DNA of 64,000 nucleotides, taken from the NCBI GenBank assembly GCA_001687465.1, contig LVLI01000326.1, positions 1 to 64,000 of the forward strand. The letters run 5' to 3'. Below, in pieces: positions 35,001 to 47,000 of this stretch. Every line of letters begins with the position of its first letter. The first letter of the stretch is position 1. Source of the stretch: Halocafeteria seosinensis. Its lineage: Eukaryota. Made by a program: the position numbers and the translations under genes. The notes under the pieces are model-generated. The model made no database searches and was not told the origin of the DNA. It was given only the letters and a program-made list of their open reading frames with translations.

Positions 35001-38000
35001 CTTACGGATGATGATAATGCCAGCAGCGATTGTGGTGGTGACAATGATCGTGCTTTCTTGCATCGCTCGCATTTCCGCCGTCTACCTTAATTGTTCCATG
35101 GATCTCAGTGGTACGTTTCACGTGTAAAACAAATGCAGCTCCACCATGACCCTCCCTTCCTTCGTTATGTGGGTCACAGCCTCCACTGCCAGGTAGCCTC
35201 GGTTCAAAGGTACTATCATAGGGAAATGCATCTCCAGTTGTGTCGTTCGCAACAAATTGGTCGACCGTTTCATTGCTCCCAAGTCCCCCATGGCATCCAC
35301 CACGACCTGAACGCGGAGGTGCACCGGGACCTGAACAAGGTCCGTAACCCTTGGCGCTTCCGTCAATCAAGGAAGCAGCGCCCAGAAAGAAGTCACCAGC
35401 GTTAATGTTCATCGAGAAAGTGATCTCAAAACGACGAGAAGTATAGTAACTGAATTTCTCAGACACGTCAAATGATGTTTGCTGGTTAGTGAGCAAATCG
35501 GCATGGTCTTTTAAAATGAAGGATCCAGCCTCAATACGGACCGGCTGCTGACTCTCAATACTAAACTTAACGGAATCCGCTATGTAGAGGGCGCCTGTGA
35601 GCTGCATCCGAAAACACTCGGTTTTGATTAACATCTTAGCTTCATCAAAGAGGCGCCATTCGCCACCGCTTAGTTCGACATGCGCAAGATCTTTATTCAT
35701 ATCTAAATGTAATTTCGAGCTGTCGCCGACGTTTAGCTTCGCTGCGGCTAGTGCGAACGAAGTCCCACTTTGGGGTACTACTTTGGAATTGTCCTCGAGG
35801 ACAAGTGTCTCAAACGATAATGTACGGCTTGGCCACTTTTCATTATGGACGTTCAAAACGGAATCGTCCATGAAAAGATGATCAACGCCTTTCAGAATTC
35901 CATCTAGTTCAATATTGCAACGCTTTATACCGACACTCGGTGGAGTTATTAGCACAGCCGAGCGATCAATGTCAAGATTGACATCCATTTGCAGGTGATC
36001 GGTTTTGAATCCGTACAAGATTTCATGATTGTCCAGTTCTATTACCTCCGAAGCGATTCCTGCGTTGCCCGCAGTATTAGAAGGCCACCGCTTAACAGAG
36101 TCGACACCAATTATACCAACGTGATCACTTGGGAGGCTTAAGCGTCCAGTGGAGTCACCAATGAGTGATCCCACAGCCAAAACGCTCTTGTTAGCCCGAC
36201 GAACCTCCGGTATCCATTGTAACCCTCCCCCATTAGTCAGTGTCAAACGATTCAGCCTCAATACAGGTATGCTGTTACGTATGAATGTATCAAAGGGGTT
36301 GCTCCGTCCATCGTTTCCGTTGTCAACGATAAGTTCGTTCATCCCATCCACATCGCACGCCCGATACACAGTCCCCGGGCCACTGTTATTATTGCTGCCA
36401 CGTCCCGCTTTTCCTCCACGCGCACTAGCCCTAATCTCATTTTGAGAACCTCGTTTGCACATGATTGAAATGCGCCCGCCGCTTCCTCCAGAACCTGGAG
36501 AATGGTCATGGTGACCTCTGTCTCCCCCCTTTCCCCCATCTGCCAACAACGTGGCTTTGCTCTGAGACACTCTATTTGCATTTAACCAGATACTGCCGCC
36601 AGACCCGCCACCAGCGCTGCGAATCGCATTTGACAAAATCTATACGCTCAAGCCGTGCTATATTTTGCAGACCATACAACTTACCCGTTATCGTGATAGG
36701 ATGCATGCTCCGCGCCACTGCCACTGGCATCGATGGTCCCGAGAATGCTGCTCTGTTCAGTGCTTATTCTAATGCTAGCACCGCCAAAACCAGCTCTATT
36801 GTCGTTTTCTCTATCACATCCACCACTACCAGGTATCCGGGGATAAAACGCGTCACCATATATGAGTCTGAGCCCCTGCGATGCTAGTGCGTCATCAAAG
36901 CCTCCACGAGAACCAAAACTCGCATGGGATCCTCCGAGTCCAGAGCGTGGGGGTGCACCTGGCCCTTCGCATTCACGATAGCCATTGCCCTGGCCATCAA
37001 TGATGGTGTTTTCTTCAGTATAGAGACTGTTCGCTGCAATAGAAGCATATCCATGCAACACGAGGCTAGATTCGCCATGCAGGTTTAACAAATTTGCTTG
37101 TATTCTGGAGTTGTTTTTAACATCCAATGCTCCTTTACCAAAAAGCGATGTGTGGTTTGTTTCGACTTTGATAGTACCACCATCTGCAGCCACGCCTTCG
37201 TAGGGCAGTTGCACTGTCAGCTTCGCTGTGTCTCGGATTTCTAGTTTGTCCAGTAGCAAAACCCCAGCATCCTCCTCTGTTAACGTTATCAACATGTCTG
37301 CTGCTCCTGTCAACGTTAAGCTGTTCAAAGGAGATCTCTTTCCATTAAACTCAACCTGGCTGTCCTTAACGGACACATCCGGAAGAGTATGCAGCTGTCC
37401 ACCATCAGACACCAAAATACCACCGGGTATGTCAGTGATAGATCCCTCAGCAGAGTACACGTACGACTCGGCCTGTGGCCATACCGCTTTTGTATCTTTG
37501 AACAAAGTTGAAAACGCGCGGAAGTATGCATGATCAACATCGGCAGTTACCGACTCCTGTTCAATTAGAGATATTCCAAGCATGCCTATTTGATTGCTCA
37601 GTATTGTCCATCTACTACTGGGATCTCCACTTAGAGTCGAGATCGAAAAAACCGTATTGTTAGCCGACGCACGAGCTGGCCTCCACTGAATCCCCGCTCC
37701 TTTACGCAACACCAGTTCGTTGAAATGCAGGGAAGACCCATTGTTGATGATGATAGCATCCCGATTGCCGCTACTACGATGCGCTTCGGATATCAATACG
37801 CTTCGAGCTTCCTTGCCACACTTACGGAACGCCGTGCCGGGACCACTTCCATCCTCACCGTGCACTTCAAACTTTTCGGGACCAGCGCCTTCTGACTTCA
37901 GCCTATCACCATTTGGACCTACGACGTCGTCACAGTATAGGGCAACGCGACCACCACCACCTCCGTGAGAGCCCCCATGACTATTCCCCCCGTTGACTTT

Positions 38001-41000
38001 CATCAATCCGATATGATTATCATCTTCCAAAGCTTTTGTGTAAAATAGGAGTCCACCGCCAGCACCGCCTCTGCGACACAAATTGTGAAATGAAATTTGA
38101 ATAAAGTTCTAGCTTCTGAGGTAACCAGGAACCGATACTTACCCTCTGCCCTTAGCTCCACTCAGATCAATTGTTCCGGCTACTCGGCTCTTGTTGGACA
38201 CAGTTAGGGCAAGATAGGCGCCTCCAGCGCCTCCATCATTTCTCGAGTTGTCACAACCACCGCTACCAGGTAGTGTAGGAAAGTAGATTCCATCATTCGC
38301 AAGCATGCTGTTATGCTTATTCATTACCGAAGATACCTCGTCGTTCACACCAAGACCACCATGCGAACCACCCCACCCCGACACAGAAGGTGTTCCTTCA
38401 CCTTGGCAGGAAGCGTATCCTCTGCCTACTCCTTTCAGATAAGTCTCTCCGTCCATATCGAAAGTGTGACAATCACAGCTACTAAATCCACTTACTTCAA
38501 GCGTACTGGTGTCTGTGAGCTCCAGTTTATCTAGCGCTAGCCGTGAATTGGCACCTACAGTTAGCCTACTTCTCTTTTCCAAGAACAGCATCTCAACGGC
38601 AAGATTCACGTAGCTCTTCGACATAATGTCTGTATGACCGTCTGTATCGAATGACACCAACAGTTTCGAATCATCCGACAAGTGTATCTGATTCACAGAT
38701 AAGTTCAAATTCCGCGCAAGATTTGGTACCGCAAGTCCCCTTTCCGGTGAGTGATCCGTGTTATCCGTTAGCACTAGAGAAGAGGCGCCTTTCATTTGCA
38801 GCGATCGCAAGGAGAATAGTACAGTACCGTCACGTCCAGACTGTTGAACATACATCTCAGCGTCTTTTGATAGCTCTAATCTTTCTAAACGTGACCATCG
38901 CCCGTACAAATACAGAGGGACACTGTTTACGGTCATTTTGGGGGACCCAACGAATTCTCCACGCGGCTCCACAGTAATCCCTACCTGATCAACAGCGATT
39001 GTGTCGCTCTGAAGTGAAATACGCTGGGCAGAGGATGCGGTATCAATCGTGCTGCTGCCTTCGGTTAGTTCCATGTAAGAAACTCCGGAAGATATTGGGT
39101 GAGACGCTGCAATGCTTGAGGTCCCCAATATTCCAGTTTGCTCATCAGTTATTGTCCATCTTCCCGTTTGGTCGCCGACAAGGCTTGAGATAGAAAACAG
39201 TGTTTTATTCGCTAGTGGGACGGTCGGTCTCCACTGAATTCCACTTTTTCCGGTCAATTCAACGACGTCAAAATGCATGAGAGAGCCAGCGTTAGTAATA
39301 ATGGCATCGTGGAGTGCTCCTTCGGCATTCTCAGACCTTAGAACTCTACCCTTTCCGCAGTTTTCGTAGGCTGTTCCTGGACTGCTTGATGATCCCCCAT
39401 GTACTTCGTATTTCAAGGATTGATCTGTCTCACCTGGCTCTTCAACGCTATCACAGTAGATGGCTATTCTACCACCGCTACCACCATACCGGCCAGTTCC
39501 ACCGTTCGTCTTGAGGTTTGCTGAGCGTTCTGTGAGTCGATGAACAGTTATCAACAGCCCGCCTCCAGCTCCACCGCTGTATGCCATACCAAAGATAATC
39601 TGAACACTACGGGGGCTGGCTTACAATGCAACAAGCTCTTACCTTCTTCCGTTGTCTCCGCTCACATCGATCTCCCCTCCTAGTTCAGCTTTACCAGAAA
39701 CATTTAGATGCAAAAAGGTTCCACCCCGTCCTCCCTTGTTCTTGTCACAGGCTCCACTGCCAGCATGATGAGGTTCAAAGACATCGCCATGAGCGAGAAG
39801 GAGTCCTTCGGCTTCTAGAAAGTCATCCACAGTCTCGCTTTCCTGTAGGCTCACTCCGCCATGTGATCCGCCGCGGTTACTCTTTCGCGGCGTACCTATA
39901 CCTGCGCATGCCTGATAACCTCTACCAATACCGTCGATAGTAGCGCCACTATCCATCTCAAAATCATGTGCATCGATATGGGAAATCCCATTCAGAGTCA
40001 GCTTGCTAGATCGTAATAAAAGGTCTTCGTCGACTGTTAAGCGAGAATTTTGCCCAAGCTCCATTTTGCTTTCTTTTGTGATCTCTACTCTTCCACTTGT
40101 CAGCACCCGTGGCTCCATGTCCTCCAGGGACTTACCAGAGTCGGCAGGACTAGCAAACTCAAAGTACGAGTCGCGGAGAGAGAGTTTGTCAAGTACAAAG
40201 CTATTACTCGTCTCAGCGTTGACTACAACGCTAGCGCCTTGGAGGGTCAATTTGTGTAACACATTCCACATTCCCGAAACTTCCATGTCAACGGAAACGA
40301 CGGAGATCTTTGGAGCTGTAACCAGCTCTCCTTTTTCAAGAACTTGGATTCCAAGTTCATCAATGACATTTTCAGTGCCGGACAGATGATATGCCCATTG
40401 ACGCACTGCAGCCCACGCCACCCGGCTTTCGTGAAAGATACTGCTCAGTGTCTCACGGACAGAGCTATCTTCCCTATACGGGGATGGAGAGGGATTTTCT
40501 ACTCGTGGAGCCTCATACACACCAACTTGACCTGCTGTAATCGTCCACTTACCCGTGCCATCCCCCTCGACACTTCCAACTGATAGGATCGTCTCATTGG
40601 AGTACAATGAATTATTTGGACTCCATCGCACTCCGCCAGAATGAAAAACCTGCATACGGTCCAAATGCAGCGCCCTTTGAGAGGCAAAGACAAACGTCTC
40701 GAAAGGATGGTCGCTAGACTTGGTGTCCTTGTTGTCCACAAACAGCTCTTTCCGCTGCTCTAACCCACACTGCCGGAACATTGTACCAGGGCCTGACCTA
40801 TGCGGACCGTTACCTCGCGTACCTCCGTAAGCTTCCATATTTGGCAATCGAATTGAATCATTTTGAACATAATCGCAGTACAGTGCTATCCTCCCACCGC
40901 TACCACCGGAAGAATCACGGCTACTGACGTGGCCGTCGCCGCCATTGGCGAGAATCTTACTGTACAATCCCGAGTAAATATACTTAGTAGTGACCCACAC

Positions 41001-44000
41001 ACTTCCCCCAGCTCCTCCTCCAGCTCTGTATTAAATGGAAACACGACACGTCAATTTCATTTACAATTGAATAAACAACAACAGGGTCACACAAACTTAC
41101 GCATTGTTATTGCAATTGTGGTGATGATAGCAGTGGTGTCTCTTTCTGCCCAGACTCATTCCCCCGCTGGCGTCAATCACACCCAGGATTACGCACTGCT
41201 GTTCCACATGCAAACGAATGGAAGAACCCCCATGACCCTCCAGATTATTGTGACCTGGATCACAACTTGCGCTACCAGCATGTTGAGGATGGAACGTATC
41301 GCCGTAGGTATGTCCGAGACTACCCCTGGTACTGTCTGTAAGAGAGGACTCAAAACCATTACCATTGCCATAGCTTGCATGAGACCCTCCCCGTTGATGC
41401 CGATTATGATGATGCCAGCCACAGCAACCACGGCCTCGTTCCCTATGTGGTGCTCCGGGCCCTTTGCAATCTTCGTAGCCCCTGTTACGTCCATCTATCT
41501 TGGCATCTTTGCCAAGGAAAAACGATTCTGCTACTAAACGAGTCGACATGTTAACAGATAAAACTGACTGGTCTTGAATTTGGAGAGCGCCACATGTCAA
41601 ACTGCTCTGGTCATCAACCTCCAGCTCGGAATTATCCCGAAGATCAACTTCTCCGATCACTGGTGCAAATGTTGCAGCATCTCGGAACTCGACCTTACTG
41701 TGGCTCGTGGCTTTCAAACTCCCAACTTGCATAGAATTTGCAGACTGAACAGTAAATTGGATCCACCATCCAACATTATAGAGTAAGCTTCTATATTCGA
41801 ATGACCATAGCTGGAGCCCACGAGCGCCACCATGGCTCTTCCGCCTATACTCCATGAATCTACTCCGAGAGCCATGCTGGGTGCAGACAGGCGGAAACTA
41901 GAACCACCAAGTAAAACCACTTCCTTGGCGTGCAATTCAATAGCTGCATTGCTTTCAACGATGAACTTGCTGGAGCCTTCTAGGTAAAACCTGTTCCAAG
42001 AGAGGGACCAGTCTGCGGATCCTTTGTGGATATGAAAGAGAGAATCTCCGTACATTTCAAATTCTTGAGTCCCCTTCCAGTTACCGACAAGTTGAATGTA
42101 TGTGCTCAGCATACGGACATACGTTGGGGTAAGTATCCCGCTGTTGGATGCGATTGCTAGTTTAGTAACCACGTCCCACGATTCATGCAGATAAATCATT
42201 CTCTCTATACCTTCCCACTCCCATGTCAAGTTAGACCCTGTTTCCGATAAAGTCTTAGAACCTGAGAAGTGTCTGTCTTTGGGTTTAGCCACGTTCCTCA
42301 CATTTGGAATTCCTAGCTGGTTGTCCGCAATAGACCACATTCCTGTGGAATCACCCTTAAGAGAAGAAATCGAAAATATCCGCCGGCCTGAATCGCCGCC
42401 ACTTTGAGGTGGGTACCAAACGAGCCCACCTCCCTCAGATAAAACTACCGTATCGAAGTGTAGCCAGGTTTCATCCTCCACTACTATTGCCTCGAGGGTA
42501 CTACTTCCGTCGTTGTTTACATGTAGTTCGACTGTGTTGTTTGCTTCGTCGTACCACAACATAGTTCCTGGCCCGCTCCGTTGTCTACTGGCTCCGCTGA
42601 GACCGCCCAGAGCTCGTAGTTGCAACAGGTTAGATATTTTTCTATTGATTGGCTGCAAGGTTTCATCAACAATATGTGCAAAGCGAACGGCGATACGGCC
42701 CCCACCACCTCCTCGTCCATCCGTAAACACCCCGTTCCCACCGTTGGCATGAACGAAGCCGGAAGAGTCCATTATGTTTTCTGTTTCGAGAAGTACACCA
42801 CCACCGGCGCCTCCCCCAGATCTGCTTGGAGTAGACCAAATATATGAAGAAGCACAAATAGTCGATAGACCAGAATAGAACTTACGCTTTAGTATTACAC
42901 CACTTTATGCACGTAGAAGAATGAGGAGATTGTTGGGACTCGGGATCAGAAAACTCGCAGCAGTCTTCATCAGATAGCAAAGCATTTCCCCCGCTCACAT
43001 CAATGGTTCCATGATGCTCAAGTAGTTTGGACTCAATACGTAAACCCGCACCACCCAGACCTGCTCGGTTCAGCCCTCGAGGTCCACAGGCGCTGCCTCC
43101 CGGCAAATCAGGTCGGAAAACACTACCATATGATAAACTACCTTTTAGTGTGGTCACACTGGTAAAATCTCCGAGGCCTCCATGCGATCCACCGAGGTAG
43201 TGGCTTGGGGACGCTCCAGGGCCCATGCAGGTTTCCCAACCAAGGCTTGAGCCATTGATGAGGGCGCTGCTACCAATGAAAACATGGGGACACGAAATGC
43301 TACATAAACCAGAAATGGTCCAAGAAGAAGAATCTTTAATTTTCAGTGTTTCTGAGACGCTCACCTCCGATCCCTCTCCAAAGTGGACCCGTGAATTCCG
43401 AGCAGAGATTATTGAAGAAGCATTCAGCCCAAAGCCATAAGTGACCACAATTTTTACAGTTCCACCCTCTACGACTTGCAATGAATCAACAGTCAACTGG
43501 AAAGGGTGCTCTCTTTGAACTTCAAAGGTTGCATCCCGAATGACAACTGACCCGAGTTTCATCTCATCAGCGTAAGGGGAAACATTTACGTCGGCAGAAT
43601 TCTCCAGCTCTAATTGTTGCAACCCTATCCACTCTCCAATGATATCAATCCCTACGGAAGATACCTGAAAAACCGGTGGAGTCCAGAAAGTACTCCCCTT
43701 GTGAGCTTTAATATTCGAGCCGGAGAACTTCATTTCATTGTTAGCGAATTCGACACCATACTGGAGGAGTTTTATAATCGAGCTGAAGCCGGTAACGTTA
43801 CCCGTATCATTCAGTGGCTCCTTGTTCATTGAAACGGATGCGCCCAAAATCCCTATTTGTCCTGAAAGTATATTCCATGTTCCCGAGGAATCACCCGTAA
43901 GTTGTCTTGCTGAAAAGACTGTATTCGCTTCTTGCGTACCCGAATGGAGCCATCGAATGCCACCCCCATGATACAGACCCAACTTGTCGAAACAAAGAAT

Positions 44001-47000
44001 CGGAGTTTGGTCAACGATCACGGCATCTAATGGCGACTCGTCGGTATACTGGCCATTATCTATCAGTAGCTCCCTGGCACTATTTCTACCACAGCGTCGC
44101 ACAACCGTTCCCGGACCGGCACGGCTTAGACTGCTGCCTGAGTCAATTATACCACCTTTAGCTACACCTCTGAGCTCACCGCCGGAAGGGCTTGATGTGT
44201 CGCAATATACAGCTATCCTCCCCCCTCCACCTGCAAATCCTAACGAATTAGCAGCATTGCCACCGTTCGCCTTGATAAGGCCTCCATTTGACTCTAATTG
44301 AGATGCCGATAAATAAACACTCCCACCTGCTCCAGCTCCTACCATATCAGTGTAGTACTCTGACATGTCGCGTTCGCCAAGGAATTCTTCAACAGTAGGT
44401 AGGCGAGGGTCAACATCTCCCCCGCTGACATCCAAACTTCCTTCTAAACGAGCTTTGTCGCGGACGTGAATCTCAATAGCAGCGCCACCCACTCCTTGCC
44501 TGGTCACGTTAAGCACATCGCAACCACTTCGGCCGGGGAGAACCGGTTCAAGTACGGAGTCATAAATTAAAGATGAAAGATCATCAGTGTTGTTCATGAG
44601 CGTACTGGCGTTGCCACCCAAGCCACCATGAGAACCTGCGAATACCCCTTCAAACGAGCACGACTCGAGACTCGCATCAGTACCCATCATCAATGCTGCA
44701 CTTTCAAGATGCAGGGACCCTGCATCTATCTTAGTTGATCCCGTAAACCGGACCACCGATGTATCGCGTATACTGAAAGAGTGGCTGACGGCTATGGAAG
44801 AGGGGCGAAACACTTCCATTTCGGAATCCTCAAAGATTTCAACAGCACGGAAAGAAATGGACGCGTCGGAAGTCCCGTTAATAGTCACTTTGCTACTTTT
44901 TCCAACTAAAATAGTTTCAAGAGATATACCGTTGGTGTTTTCGGGTTGCATCAGATTGAGAGTACCTGTTTCCCAAACCTTCAGCTTTTTGCTCCCAAGC
45001 CACACACCTGCGAAGTCAACCCTAGTCTGAGCAATCGTTGTCTCTGGTGCCGTTAGAAATTGGGCACCAGTGAGGATATTTAGCTGTGCCTGTGAAATAC
45101 TCTCCTGAAACTTCCTTAACTCGAAAGAAGCAACGTCCGTCCGAAGTACATTCCGCCCAAAAGACTCCAACCCTGAGAAAGACATTGGTCTTTCGTCGGT
45201 AGAATCGTTAAGGTTATATTCTATTGGATCCGCCCCAATTATACCCACATGCCGAGACGGTATACTCCACCTGCCTGTTTTATCCCCATACAGCTCTCCG
45301 ACGGAAAATATCCGCTTCCCACTTTCGGCACCGCTCATCCACCGTATACCACCTCGATTGAGTAGGTTGAGTCGCTCAATGTGAAGGAACGGGTATCTGC
45401 CAGTGATACATGCTTCCATCGGAGATACTTCGGTTTCCTCTCCTCCATCGACGAAAAGCTCCTCAAACGAATCAGCGTTACACTTCTTGTAGACGGTGCC
45501 AGGATGAGATCGCGTAGATGCGCTACCAAAGCCTCCAAATGCTTCCGTCTGCATGGAACCCATATTCGGTTTCTCTGAAGTATGGCACACAATGGCTATT
45601 CTTCCTCCACCTCCACCGGATGCTTTACCGGCCAGTCCGTTGCCTTCTCCACCGTTTGCTTGTAGAATTCCGGTGCTGCTTAGTAAACGGGTGGCATTTA
45701 TGAAAATGCTTCCACCAGCACCACCTCCAGCTCTGCAACATTGTCCCAAACATAGCAATCAAACATGTTTGTTGAGCAAACACATTCGATAATAACTACT
45801 TACAAATCTCCGAGTGCGTCCCCGCCATTAACACGGATTTTCCCAAGCATTTGGAAACTTCCAAAGACGTACAGAGTTAAGACTGAGCCTCCGCGCCCTG
45901 CAAGACTGTCCTCAAATGTGTCACAGCCGCCTTCTCCAACTTCCGTAGGCTCAAACACGTTGCCATGACACCAATCGGCACAGTCTGCTTGGTCCAAATT
46001 GCTGTCTAAGTAGTCACTGTTTATTCCCATTCCACCGTGAGAGCCGCCGTGAGCCATTTCAGATGTATTCAGCAGTGATTTGCAAGCACCACCTTGATCC
46101 GGTCCTCCGTCCATCGTAGCTTCCTCAGCGATGATAACATCGTCAGCATGTATAGACGCCTGTCCGCGAAAATGAAACAGAGACGAGGAATGCAACGCCA
46201 TTTTTTTCACCAAAACTGTTCCAGGGTTACTACCGACGTCGAGATTGGAGTTCCCTCGAAGATCGACGTTACCAAGAGAGGCGAAACGAGAAGTTTCGCT
46301 GATAAGCTTTGCTTCGTCATTGAGGACCAAAGAGTCTATGCTAAATCCAAAATTCACATCCATTGAACTCTTCAGTAAGCCTTTATTACTAATTTCGGCT
46401 GAAGAATCCACAATGAAATCAATGCTTGGTGACTCTGTGAAATTGTGTCCAGAGTTAAAGTGAAGGCTTGACGCATCAGTTATACGCAAGCTGCCAAGAT
46501 TTACTTCAAAGTTGCCTTCAGCTTCAATTTGCGCGTTCGATCCCTCAATCAAGCCGAGACTAGACAACGAAAATAGCTCTCGCTTCGCCCCGCGGATGGC
46601 CAAAGTACCGCCGCGGATGAATCGTAGATCCTTCACCCCACGCCATTCACCTTCTAAGGTAACCTCAGTTGCAGAAACATCTACCGTTGGAGGGGTTATC
46701 AACTCACCGTCTTTGGCTACATATATGTTCGCTTGGACCACAGGACGTGGTTGTCTAATTTCATATTCTCCATAATCGAACTCTGTAGCAAGAGTTGGAT
46801 GATCATCGAATATTTCGGCAACCGCCGGGTCAAATTTGAGACTCTCGGTAAGAGTCTCGTTCGAGAATGCTTTCGCGTGGACCATGCCAATTTGATTTCC
46901 AGGGATCGTCCAAATAGTCGTCGTATCTGCTCGCAACAGGTCAATCGCAAACACTGTCTTGTTGGCCCGAGGAGGTTGAGGTTCCCATCGAATACCACCT

